Assembly (NCBI RefSeq): GCF_037042905.1
Contig: NC_087245.1
Coordinates: 4,900,001 to 4,964,000, forward strand
Reading direction: 5' to 3'
Source: Lytechinus pictus
Lineage: Eukaryota
DNA: 64,000 bases
This document shows, piece by piece, positions 51,179 through 64,000 of the stretch. A program made the translations under genes and the position numbers. Positions within the stretch are counted from its first letter, which is position 1, and each line of letters opens with the position of its first letter. A model generated the notes under the pieces. The model did not search any database and was not told where the DNA came from. It saw nothing but the letters and a program-made list of their open reading frames with translations.

Positions 51179-52607
51179 TTAAGATTGTTGGGCAACATAC
51201 TGTCCACACATTGCTTGGGTGAAAACTACCCAGAGTTGGATAAAGTTTTAAGCAATTATTGTTGTGTGGACAGTATGTTGCCCAACATTTGAAGAGTGTA
51301 GGCAATACACCCTGCATGAAAATCAGGTTGATATGCTAAAATTTCATAAAATTCAGCTGGCGCCTCGTTGTCGCACATTTAACATGTTTAAAGATCTACA
51401 TGCACAATTTTCTAGTGTTCTCTTTCTGGTCAGTTTCAGGCTTCGTTTTGCACACACTCGTATTGCATGTTGTTAAAATATTGCGTCATTCAGCTCGCCC
51501 TTCACGCTCGCATATTTCTTTAAAGGAGCTTTAAATCAAAAGTGGATCAGTCAAATGAAATGTCCATTTCATTTATCATCCTCGTTCATGAACATAGACG
51601 GTGTTCAGGGCAAGATTCTGCATTGAAGTGATAGCTTTTTTTTTTTTCTTTCTTTCAGTTTCTTGAAAAAAGCTTTTCTTATCAGCCAATCATTTCCTTC
51701 TCCTTGTTCCTCATCATCATCATCTCTGAATGATATTGATTATTCATAATCTTTCCTTTGAGCAAAATTTGCATTTACATAATTGATGTTTCCATGTTTT
51801 GGGATTTTTACACGGTGGTCTATGACAGCGTATTCTTCAGTTTCATAATTGTATAGACAACAAATTCTTTTCCCATTTAACTTCTCACCAGCGAGAACGG
51901 GTAAATGAGTTTTCACTGAGGAAATTTCGACTTTTAAATTGTCATTTTTCTCGTTTTGGTTTAAAAATAGACGGTTTTATAAACCAATCGCGCCTACGAA
52001 CAATATTGCTCACTCGAATCGCTCTCTCGCTCATTTTAAGTTGGTCGATCAGTTTGAACATTATCTTTCTCTTTCTAGAATAAGGCACATGATTGTGAGT
52101 TCTATTTACTTTGTAATTGATTTTCATGACTTTTTGACGCATTTGGATTACATTTCCATGTAATTTGGATGAGAATTAATGAAAGATCTTTGGATTTTAG
52201 CCAGGACACGTTAGCGGGAAAAACCCCCTTAGAACAAGGGGATACGAACAAAGGGAGAGGCGAAACTTTATAGAATGAAGGAAATAATGTAATAGTGAGA
52301 GGATGGGTGTGGATGTGTGTGTTTTTACGAAAGAGAGAGCGGGAGAGTAGGAGGGAGAAGAGCGAAATGTGATACTGAGCTTGGTCCATGCACGCCTTGG
52401 TCCACGCATGGAGCTACTACGGATGGTCCACGCATCGTCCTTTCGGGGGGGGGGGGGGGGGGGGTTGCACAAGATATTACATGTATATACTGATTGGCAT
52501 TATCACATTATCATCACTCGGCTGCGGGGAGGAAAGGATGCGCTGTTGTTTTCTTCTATAGTAGCGAGTTCTAAAATTATGAATTGCTGAAACACCATAT
52601 TGGCAAA

Positions 52608-52803
52608 ATGGCAGGAAAATTCAAAGTCGGAGAAAAAATACAAGCAGTAGATGAGCTTGGAAGATGGTCCTGTGGTGCTATCAAGAACGTTGAAGAAGAT
52701 GGAAGGTTTCTGGTGACTTTTACCGGCTATCCTGATGACGATTTGAGTGTAGAGCCCGACCAGATTCGTCAACCGATTCTACCTTTCGAGCAGCAGCGAA
52801 GGA
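52608..52803 (+). CDS. Uncharacterised Tudor/chromo-barrel-like protein, exon 1
   Basis: aaaATGg start; MAGKFKVGEKIQAVDELGRWSCGAIKNVEEDGRFLVTFTGYPDDDLSVEPDQIRQP fits the Royal-family pattern FxVGxxxxA..W..GxI..V..LVxFxGY; donor |gtaagt, phase 1. Confidence 0.82.
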
Positions 52804-53509
52804 GTAAGTAGATCAAATACTGAATTCTAATATTTTTCTTAATTGGTCATGTAAAATGACTCTTATCAATTCATTTACATTAACATACAATCCAACGACG
52901 TCTAAATTAGATTTTTTTGCATTCTTGGCATGTAGGCCTAAATCAGTTTTGATGATTTGTTTTGTTTTGTGATTACCATTTATTTAGGCGAAGTAGAATT
53001 GTTATTAACAAACTTTAACTTACATGAACTTAAGAATATAATAATCTGACGAATACATTTTAATGTCCCCTTAAATAATTTTGTAACCGTACAGTGTATA
53101 TTTGGGTATGATACTGAGTGTTAACGTGGTTATCACTTAAGTTAGATGCCAAACTTGAAAACTGATTATAAATTTGCTAGTCCTAAGTTGACAATTGTAT
53201 TCCCTCTCCTAAGACCAATATTTGAGGACAAAGCTGAAAAATGTAAGCAGTGTCGTTACATTGTGATGAAATGTCGTTAAAATTAATGCGTAATGAGCAG
53301 CAACAATTAAATTAAAACAGGGTTAACAATATACTGGCGCATGTGAAAATATATTTTTTAAATACCCGAGCGAAGAAAGTGAGGTGGTAAAATTTGACCT
53401 TTTCAAGATGGAAATCTAACTTTGTGGCAAATTTAGATACAAAGTTCCGACATGACGTATTTTACCACATTCATTTCCTTTTTATTAATAATAAATATAA
53501 TATAATAAT

Positions 53510-53740
53510 ATAGGATATGTATAGCCCACGTATCCACCTTGCAAGGACGTGCTCAAGGCGTTCCTATATTACCCCGGCTAAGCTAGTCTACCGATTCTGA
53601 TGCGCACAGCTTTTTGAGGAATAATACTTCCTGACGGTACCCATTTACCTCACCTGGGTCGAGTGCAACACAGTTTGGATAAATATCTTGCTGAAGGAAA
53701 ACACGCCATGGCGAGGATTTGAACCCACGACCCTCTGATT
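53510..53740 (-). mobile_element. tRNA-derived SINE (intronic)
   Basis: Minus-strand B box gggttcaaatcc near 53716-53727; body homologous to 24712-25005. Confidence 0.75.
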
Positions 53741-56700
53741 CGTTTCCGTTTCCCCCTTTTTTCTTTGTCTTGATTTTTATTGTTTCATTCATGTTCTTCC
53801 ATAATTTTTTCCCATGGTCCGTCAAACAACTTCGTATTTCTGTATAATACCCTACTGTGGTCTTATTAAACAATAATACAATGTGGGAGCTTCCCCCTAA
53901 ATTTGAAATATATACAGCTGCAAATGAAATGATATTAATAAGTGAATACTTAATTATCATGTAATACTATTATAGATCAATAATAATGTAAAGCAATGTG
54001 TATCAAATTCTCCCCTTGTAACTGTTATAAAACGACTCTGCAATTCAATAGACAAATTAGACTTGCCGCTTTACAGTGAAGCTGAGTGAACCATACGCCA
54101 AAGTAATCCTTGTTTCAGATTTCACTCTCCTAATAGGGCTATGTTTGATTTTTAATAATTACGTGATAGTTTATTTACCTTTGAGTACAAACTTGAATAA
54201 AAAGAGGCATTAGAGAAGCAATTTAATCTCCCCCATCCCTTGCATTCAACCACTGTTATGGTTTTCCTGCACAATTCCTATAAACAGAGGCAGTATATTT
54301 GCTGCGTTATCCCCGATGCAAATAAATGAAGGAACAAGACTTATCTTTCATAAAGTGCAATGCGATAATCTCACCAAGTAGCCCTATTGTGTAGGAAGCT
54401 TCCCTATATACAACTTAATACTTCTTTGTAATTGACAGATCGAAATCGACAGTGTAACTTGGTCATCCCGTATTCGTTTATCATTTGATTTTTTTAATGT
54501 AATTTTAAAACTGTGCGATATGCATTGGTTTCCATACTTAAAATGTATGTGTTAGTTTCAATATATTATATGGTTTGTTGAATGTTAATAATACTGATTT
54601 AATTATAACAATATTGTAGCAGGATGGGAAGTGCATGTCTTGAGAAATCCAAGTCAATCCAATTGCAATTTATCTTGATATATGCACAGAAACATTTTCT
54701 CCCTGAGTCAATTTTCGAAAAAAAAATAGTTTGTATTGAACGGTTGCTCTGTAATTAACGGCTGTTTGATTGTTATTTTGTGTTGATAAAAATATTGTGT
54801 AAACCTATTGTTCATGATCACATATAAGAATCTGAAAGTCTGAAAGAGTAATTATAATGTCTTTTGCATACTCTTTTAACGAAAGCCTTTCTATACTATA
54901 CTGAAGGATAAGCTATTGAAATAGACGGTCATCCTTCCCCTGTGTTACGATATCTTCCCAACTTGATAAAGAAACTACTTGGTATCAGACTCTTGTTGAG
55001 CATTTATTTATTTCATTTACTCATACAAATTTAAAAAAGGATCATATAAGATCAGAGGTTAAATAACTATTGCATCTTGGTCCTGGTCCATGTTTGTTTA
55101 AAAAAATGTCGAAATATCTGAAATACAAAGAGATAGTACATTTCAGCATAAAGATTTTATCATAGCCTAGTAAAGAAATCAAAATGAAATCAAAGTAATA
55201 GATTAGCTTATCAGTGATCCAATATTGCAAAAGATGGTCATATAGCTCAAAACAAAACTCATATTGTTTCGTTGAAATATAAGATATTTAAAAACGAAAT
55301 AGTTAATAATCAATTGATAATTTCAAACAAAAACATGCGAAAGTAGCTATATATTTGTTTTAGTTTGATTAAAATTGGATTTCTGGACATGAAGATCCTT
55401 TGCAATAAATTGAGTTTTGCATGAATATTTTCCTGGTCGACTTTAATCTTTATAAGTTGTATAATTTATTATAATATCATGTTTTTGCTTACCGCGATTT
55501 GATATTTTCATCGATGATTACACCCAATGTTGACTCTTTAAGTACTCGAAATGTATTATTTTTGTTTTATCGAATTTATATTATGAGGATAACAATTTGA
55601 TAATGTTTACGAATTAGAATACAATAATGGAAAACTATTGAAACTTGAACCGAAAGAGTTCAATAAACGACACTTCTCTGGTTTATCTCCACCGATCCCG
55701 TTTCTTCCTAAGAATTTACCGCAACACACAAGTCACAAGGCTTTCCCAGTTCTGAAATGTTTTCTTTCTCGTACCCTCTCTCCCTCCTTATCCAGAAATT
55801 TTATGTGTCACTCTAACCAGCGTGGTCATGGAAATATTGTGATTCAACGATTATAAATAAACCATGGAGATACATACTTACGTATCCATCATGTCCATAC
55901 AAATTCATTTTTTGCCTTTGAATTCATTTTTTTTTTTTTCAATTTAGTTATCTTTTTTGCTTGCCATTATTTTCTGGAACCAAATGACTTCCACTTTTTA
56001 GAAAATATATACCTTTTTGATTGTCAAATAATTCCTGACAATCATTTTTTTTTCTGGGGGGGGGGTCTGTTATATCTTTTGTACAAAATCCCTCCCCTTT
56101 TTCATGTTTTTGGAAAATCCTCGACCCACCCCTGCCTACAGTGACAATATAGTAAATGCTATAAACCTAAAAACATTAATATATTTCAAAGCGTTAAGCA
56201 CTCCGCATTTTTAGTGTTAAGGCTTTATGAAGCAGCTTGTCTGAAGTTGACCCCCTCCCTAAAGTGAAATTAAAAATTATTCCCGAATCTATTGCCAGTG
56301 GCATAGTTACGTTTCATGTTAAATAATATTAGCATTCTTACTAGTTCCTTGGAAAGAAAGGTGGTTGTCAGATACAATATAATATTGTAAATCTGTCATT
56401 AGCCCATTATGTGAGAGGGAGGGGAGGCTCTGGAAAAAATGGATGATTTATTTCCTGCGGCCTTCTCTTAGGAAGAGCGGGTTCTTTGGACTTGTTGGAG
56501 GACGTTGTATAGAGAACTTCACAATTTTGTGGTTCAGTGGTATTGGATTCAACCACTTTCTAGAAGTTACCAATTTTGGGTAAAGGACAAAGTGGACACT
56601 CGTTTCCTTGAATCATCTAATGGATTCCAGAATTTGGCCACAGTAACTGAAATATTCAAGACTGGAGATTATTTGTATTGGTCCATGAATGGACAAAGAA

Positions 56701-58641
56701 AATTAGTTTCCAATGGCTTTTAACTCTAGGTCGTACACGCGGTAGAGAAAGAAGACTGTCGATTGAGATAATGATGTATTTACTTTCTCTTATAAATAAA
56801 TCTGCCAAAGCTTGAAGCAACTTTCCCTTATTTATTAGATACATAAATTCGTCAATCTTCAAACTTGTCAATAGCATGCTCTTTGAAGAAGTCCGTGTGT
56901 TCTTTCTTTCCTGATATACCACTCTTTTGTGGGAAGATAATCTTGTTTCCCTCTGTTCTTATGCCTCGAACTGAAATTTCTTAATTTGGCTATTTAGCTC
57001 AATTCAGCACTGTGCAAATGGCCTTCATTTACTTTGCAGGTGTATGTGGTTGGCATATGTCTTATATAATCTCGTATTATGAAGAATTAACTTGGCATAT
57101 TGGCATTAATTAGAAATACCGGTACATATGTCGGGGTAAATGAATTATGATTCAGAATACATAATTTGTATGTAATAATGATGATGTTGATGAAAACGAT
57201 AAGCATTAAGTTCTGTTTATTCTTAAAAATAAATACTGCATCGTCTATGAATAAAAAAAGAAGGTTGAATTATCTTCAAACAAAATGCTAAATAGTTTCG
57301 CCTTCTTTAATATCTTAAATTAAAGTAATTGCATTTCTTGGCATTCTGTATATACAATAGCCGTAAGAATTTCATATTTTTTGCTGATCATGGATTTAAA
57401 ATAGCGTCATTGCAATCATCGTCAATATATGGAGTTTTCTTTAGAAATCACACATTTTTCTTCTCTTTTTTCAAAGGTATATCGATTTTTTTTTGAATTT
57501 TGAATGAATCGTCTACATCAATCCTCTGTCTTCTGACACCCACAATAACTCACCTAAACTTTCTTTCGGCGAGCTGACATTTTAATATCATTGGGAAGAC
57601 AATATACGTTTGAATACATCACCGCATGAATTTGTTTAGATTTGTTATTGGAAGAAATCAGTGTAGGGAAAGTCGGTAATTATCCGGAATGATTATTTAG
57701 ATAGCAGGCATTATATTATGACACCTAGATAAATCATTTTTATTGTTGTGATTGGTTGTTTGATTTCGATCAGTAAGCCCATTTTACAATGACGTCATTA
57801 TCCATGCAGTTTTGTTTCATATGATCTTGTCTCGTGCATGCTCTACTTTACCTCAAATTTAGAGTGTACATGAAATGTATTTCAAGCTATAATGCTTAAG
57901 ATTTTGACATGGAATTTCGGCTATCTGTAACAGTCCTTCAAATAAAGTAAAGATGAGAGCCCTTTGAAGAGACGTCCAACCGAAACTTAACCGATTGTCT
58001 GTAAAAGAAGCTATGTCTGACAGATATTATCCCTTCAAGTTGATTATAGATATAATAAAGAGAAATAAAACAAGCACTTCACCAAAATTGATCAAAATTG
58101 GTGTGGAAGAAGGTTACTATAATTTAAAGTTTAGTTTATTCCAGAGGTAGTTTTTTAATACACTACTTACTGTTTCATTACTCTATAATGCGGTAAAAGT
58201 TACACATTTTCGACAGTTACTAAAATACTCTTCAAGGCTGCACTTTGGAAACGATCGTGTGCTTCTCAGCTGTTATAAATACAATGCCAACCTCGGTTAG
58301 GCATGGAAGGGTCCACCAATAATTATAACTCAGCCGATGAAAAATAAAATAAAGAATGCGTTAATTCTAAAACTGTCAAATTTTACTTATGTTTAATTTG
58401 GACGGTCAGTAAGTAAATTCGTATTGGAAGAACATATATAAGAGAAATCAATTTCATTTTGTTGCAAACAGCATTCGATCATAATGAATTTCAATATCTT
58501 CCTTCAGAAGTGGCTGATTTGGGGTATTAACAATTATTTTACTTATATAATGTGTCAACAGGCCTCATTAACTGAATTCAAATTGTGCCATTCTACATTA
58601 TCAATAACATTGCATCTGATGGTTATTTATTTTGATTGCAG

Positions 58642-58863
58642 ACAATCCAGATAAATTAACTGGAAAAAGGAAAAAGGGAAACTGGAACAAATTGCTGAGG
58701 GTCATCAAGGCAAGAATTCAACGTTTTGAGCGAGGGGACATGGTTCAAACTGTTCATGGGGAGATAGTGGTTGATATTATTGATCCATTTCGTCTGTCAC
58801 TAAGAGGAGAAGATGGTAAAGTGATCAACATGGAGGACATTTTACCTGACCGACATGACCAAT
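58642..58863 (+). CDS. Tudor-like protein, exon 2
   Basis: ttttgattgcag| ... |gtgagt; 222 nt, phase 1-1; NPDKLTGKRKKGNWNKLLRVIKARIQRFERGDMVQTVHGEIVVDIIDPFRLSLRGEDGKVINMEDILPDRHDQ. Confidence 0.75.
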
Positions 58864-59570
58864 GTGAGTAGGCCTACAATTATTTTTTTGAAAACTTTTG
58901 AATGTTGTGGGTTGCAATCATTAATCGTATGATATCAAAGGGGAATTTCACCTTTACAAAAAGCTTATTGTAAAAATAGCAGAAAAAATAATAATAAATG
59001 TTGCCGAATGTTTGAGAATAATCCATCAAAAATAAACATCTATTATAATTATAATAATTTGATATGTGACGTCATATGCGTGCAGTGTTCCTGGTTTCAT
59101 CACATTTGTTCGGGCGACAATTGCTCTGATGGAAAATGTGCACGTTAAGCCAAACATAAAACATAACCTCCATAACTAAATAAACCCTAATTCTTATCTT
59201 TACATTATTCTGAACCATAAACTATATTGAAATCATAACTATAACCCTATGTACTTTGAGATATTAAGACCGGAGCAATAAAAACCGAGCAAATGTCGCA
59301 GGAACAAATGTCGTGTCACCGATTTAGTTTTCCTACATATCGTATGGTAAAAATTATTGAAATAGGCAAACAATTTCACACCCGTTCCTTAAACATGTTA
59401 AAAGAAACAAAAATAAGTAGTCACGAATCATTAAAGGTCAAGCCCCCCCCCCCCGACAAATAATGATTTGAATAAATAGAGAAAAATCAAAATAGCATAA
59501 TGCTGAAAATGTCCTCAAAATCGAATATATATTCGTATTATATTTTTAAAATTTCCTCTGTTCTATAAAG

Positions 59571-59677
59571 GCGAAGAACCACCAACGAAGAAAAGAAAGC
59601 TGTCGAAAAGGACAAAAGCAATGCCAAAGAAGACGAATCATGTAACGCACACACATCCAGTTCAAAAGCGCCAAGAG
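59571..59677 (+). CDS. Tudor-like protein, exon 3 (NLS)
   Basis: ttctataaag| ... gag|gtaatt; phase 1-0; CEEPPTKKRKLSKRTKAMPKKTNHVTHTHPVQKRQE. Confidence 0.7.
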
Positions 59678-59977
59678 GTAATTACCATCCTTTGTTATTA
59701 GGCCCTATATAGAAGACGTAGAAGTAGTGAACCGTCTATAATTCGAGTATATCTAAAAATAAAATTGATATTGAATAACAAAATTCTCAAAAATTGCACA
59801 AAATGGAGCCATAGACAGCAAGGTCGACTTTATTGTACTAAATCGCTAAATTATTTCGGAAGTTTCACGATCTTGCTAACATTGCACAATGATTATCTGA
59901 TCAGTGTGTAACATTATTTTGACAAGGGTTTGAAATGTTTGAACCATGCAGAAGCGGCAAAACACAAATGTAATGTT

Positions 59978-60813
59978 CAGTGCGTCCCACAAAAACGAAA
60001 CCGAGATTTAGCGATGATTTATCATAATCTAATTACAAATACAATATACAAATGACCTATCATTGTAGAGATTAGACTCTCTTCTTTTATCTGGTACAAC
60101 ATAAAAGTTTTATCATGCAAGCATGAGTAAGAAAAAATTGAAGAAAGAATACAATTTTGCGGTGGGTCCCGGTGGGTGGGATAACTGAATTAAAAAAAAG
60201 ACAATCACATGCTTAAAATGTTTAATATCTGCTCTTTATTTTGATGCCTCAATCACAGGAAATGGTCGTGAAATAAAAACAAATTGTGTTCAATAAAGAA
60301 CAACGCTTGTATTTCCATAATTTCATTAAACAAACATTTTCACCGCGGTTTTCCACCAAAGCTATCTTTAACAAATACTTTATGCATGTCTTATCGTCAA
60401 GTGTCGAGTAACTCAGCTCTGAAAGCCAACCTGTAAAACCTCTTCATTTTATGAAATTATTGAAATTCAAGTCTTATTTCAAATAAGCAGAACTGAATTA
60501 TTTCTTGGACATTTTCTGTGAATGAGGTATCAAAAAGAGCAGATATTGAACATCTTGAAAATGCTATTTTTCTTTTTGAAACCCAGACACCCCCGCCAAG
60601 TTATTCATTTCTAATCCTATCTTCAAGTTGTTTTACTCACTCATGCGCGAATGATGAAACTGTTATGTTGTTCCAGATGAAAAGGGGGACTATTTGCTTT
60701 ACTATAGGCCCATGCTATGATATAGACCATTTGTCTATTGTATTTGTGATTTGATTATGATAATCCATCGCCAAATCTAGGTTTCGTTATGACAAATTGT
60801 GTGGGATGCACTG
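59978..60813. mobile_element. Tc1/mariner-like MITE (intronic)
   Basis: cagtgcgtcccaca...gaaaccgagatttagcgatg / catcgccaaatctaggtttc...tgtgggatgcactg|ta. Confidence 0.8.
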
Positions 60814-63692
60814 TATATCACATTGCAAGTATAAATACTATACAACCGCTTTTGATAATTCTGCCATTCAATGGTAACTACCATATTTAAATACCATAAA
60901 AGCCAATCAAAATCAAGGATTTCATTGAAAATACGATTGGATGGCAGTGTTTAATACAATAATAAGGCGGGGTGAGTTGTGACACTTATATAGCTTTTTC
61001 ATGCTAGAATTGATATGACGAATAATCTTGTAGAACATGTAAAAAAATAAGTACCTTGCCTTAAAATTTAATTCTTGGGAAATATTTTTCACCTCTATAT
61101 AACTTTCTACCCCCACACTGAAAGTCATTGTCACCTTTGAAAAAAAAACCGATGTCAAATGGTAAGTTGAGTCACAAAAACTATGTACGAAATGTATGGG
61201 GGAAGATCCAGCATATACATTTTTTATTTAAAGTCTTCCAATTGCTTATTGTATAAATACTAACATCCTCTAAACGTAAAAGCTTTTGATTGGTAAGGCA
61301 TCAATCCCCATTTCCAGGTCCTTAGAGAGGACCTTAAACCGTCGGTCCTCTGCTTGTTTGCTTACAAGCGTTCATGCTTTCCTAGCAATCAGGTAAAAAA
61401 AAATACCACCACAATGGGGTGGGGTTAGGGGTTGTGCAATGGGTCATCAAAACATGACACCAGCACCACAACGTCTGACTCATTCATTATTGGCCTGGGG
61501 ATGGTGGCTCATTTTACCCCGATGCTCAACTTACCCCGCCTTGCCCTATAAGCAACGGGCCCCCCAGATCTCCAACTAGTCTAACGCTCATTGAGGTGTT
61601 CTACTTTATCATGTTTATCGGAATAGAGTAGGGCTGTAGGTCACTATTTGTTGATGCTCTGACAATAGTCCCTGATATGCTGACTTTACACGAAAGTGAC
61701 ATCATTAGTTTTGTTCACTGTCTCTGTTAGCGATGTCCGATTTTCAAGATACCAATCGTTTCTTTGATTTAGAAAAGTTACCATCACCAAAAAAAAAAAA
61801 AAAAAAAGGACACGCGTGTATTGTTTTCCCATCGCCACATTTGTAGTTTAACCTTAAAATTTAATTGTATTGATAATTGTTGAATTATCAAAACAGTTCT
61901 CAATTACTCTATCGGCCATTTTTATATATTTTAATACTTCGAACATTGGTGAACGCAGAAGTAATATAATTCAATTAGTTATATGAAATTCTTGGTTGAA
62001 ATCGGCCTGTCTACCTGTTCTGTAGACATGAGTTATATCTTAGCAGAGTGTAACGCCATACCCGAATATTCAACCTAACACACGGGAGCAGGGGCGAAAC
62101 AGGGGGTCTATTACCAGATTTTGATTGGTCTGTACGCCAACTCTGAACATTATTGTTGGCGAGCATTAGTGCAAAGCTCTATGCGGCAGTAGCGTAAATG
62201 AGTTTGAGAATGAGGAGCAGAGTATGGCATGTGTGGCAAAAAGTTGCTTTAAATAAGTCACAGAGAGCGAAGCAAGCTAGAAAAACAACCTTTTCATGAG
62301 AATCTAAATTTGAGACAGATTCTGACATGATATCCAGAAAATATCATCAATATCTTACTTTTCCTTTGCTTCTCTTTCCTCTATTTTTCAGTCTTTTTTT
62401 TTTTTTTTGGGGGGGGGGGCGATGGCCCAAACCTTTCTATCTCTACGCCTATGCTATTATTTTGTGGTCCGGAAACCTCTTGTTCTAATGTCATTTTAAA
62501 CCTTCATACAGATGGTCTCTATTTTTATCAATTTGCGGGTATAAAGTTTTTACAAAACACATCGATTCGACGCAGTTGCGTAATATACCAAATATTTTGC
62601 TGGGGCACAACATACAAATGTGGAAAAAAATGCAAAACTTCCCATGCGAGCGAAGCAAGCCAGAAAAAAATTGGCTTTTTGAAATGAAATTCTAAATATG
62701 TGATAGATGTTTCATTATATCCGGCAAATAAAAAAAAATGCTTTCCATTCATTACATTCCGTTGCCTCCTTTTATTTCACCTTGTAAGCCAGTGCTCATT
62801 ATCATTAAAGTTAAGATCAATACAGGAAGGGTCCCTACAGGGGGCACATTATATAGGGTCTGGGGCAGCTTCTGTAAGGACATTTAAAGTATATTAGGGG
62901 GATATGTCTAGCCGTTGGTTAACTTTTTTTTGTCCTGATTGCGCCCGGTATTATATAAAAATATAGTAAGCTTAAAGTGATTGGTTAACATTGGTTTGAC
63001 TTTTAAAAAAATCTGAGCTAGAAGGTCACACTTGTCACCTGTGTCTGTGATATGTTACAAAAATGAAGCCCAGAAAAAATTGCGTTCGAAAATAATTATT
63101 TAGTGCTTCAAATATTGAAATATAAAGTGACCGGAAACACCATCTTAATTTCATCCCATACACTTATGTGTACTATTTAGGCGTCTACAAGACGCCTATT
63201 TACAAAATCTGGGTTTGCCTTGTAGTTTTAGCTTTTCATTCTCAATAATAGTTGTTTTCAGGGTTTATTAGTTCTAATACATGCACTTGTACACATGTTT
63301 CATCTTGGTTTGAGAATTTTTTAAATCGGCTGCTCACAAAGTTAAACAATACCTTTAAAGTAGACTTCAGACATAATGTTATTTGCCATCCATCATTCTT
63401 CCCGTTCTTTTTTACTACTCGGCAGCCCGGTGGTATTTTTAGTTCTTTTTTTTTATGTCCCTTTTCTTGATATTCCAATTATGGTTCATTTCATTGTACC
63501 TTCATTTCCCGCTTTGGTTTGCTACTTTTTCATCTTTTAATTTATTTCACTTTCTTACTAATCCTGCTAGTATTAGTATTTCGGAATGATTTGTTCTTTC
63601 TTTAATGACTGCTTGGTTATTTTTTAACCATCGATCTTAAAACTATTTGTGGAACTTGTAACTTTTTATATGTGGTCTAATTTTATTTATAG

Positions 63693-63818
63693 GCTGAAGA
63701 ACACCCACTTGAGTCTGTTCCTCAGGAAGAAAACTTGCCCGTAGACATGATAGATGCAACCTTCACTGAAGGCCTGGTGTATGCCATTGGTCCTTTCAAT
63801 TGTGGAGATATTGTTACA
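63693..63818 (+). CDS. Tudor-like protein, exon 4 (gene continues past the window)
   Basis: ttttatttatag| ... aca|gtaagt; 126 nt, phase 0-0; AEEHPLESVPQEENLPVDMIDATFTEGLVYAIGPFNCGDIVT. Confidence 0.7.
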
Positions 63819-64000
63819 GTAAGTTTTATTTGGTATTGGCTAAACTTACACCGCTTTCAGTATACGGTCCAGACCAGCTCCGGGCCAAGTCTTTACATTT
63901 TTAGTTTATGAATGGGTGATTGTAAAAGTAGCGCCGCCTAGCTCTGCTATGTAGGTACTGAACGCTAATTGTGCGGCGAACTATTTTAATGCGAGCCTGG

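Overview
AT-rich, repeat-dense animal (eukaryotic) genomic DNA. The repeat families and overall style suggest a marine invertebrate, most likely a sea urchin; this is an inference. Two spliced genes can be reconstructed with consistent intron phases. (1) A minus-strand secreted protein of about 193 aa: signal peptide plus two kringle domains (CDS exons 25308-25248, 24019-23768, 21952-21684), with a candidate TATA promoter and non-coding first exon near 31.0-31.3 kb. (2) A plus-strand uncharacterised protein with an N-terminal Tudor/chromo-barrel-like domain and a classical NLS (exons 52608-52803, 58642-58863, 59571-59677, 63693-63818), which continues beyond the window. The rest is mostly transposable elements: two decayed CR1/L2-group LINEs, several TTAA-flanked Kolobok-type MITEs, hAT-like and other 8-bp-TSD elements, Tc1/mariner-like MITEs, a Helentron/HINE-like element, tRNA-derived SINEs and a solo LTR, often nested three or four deep. 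Also present are a 1.87-kb near-perfect palindrome made of two inverted MITE copies, a 1.4-kb tandem duplication, and dispersed TAGGCCTA/TACATGTA motifs that look like transposon excision footprints. No CRISPR array, rRNA or prokaryotic genes are supported. Most entries in the ORF track are spurious.
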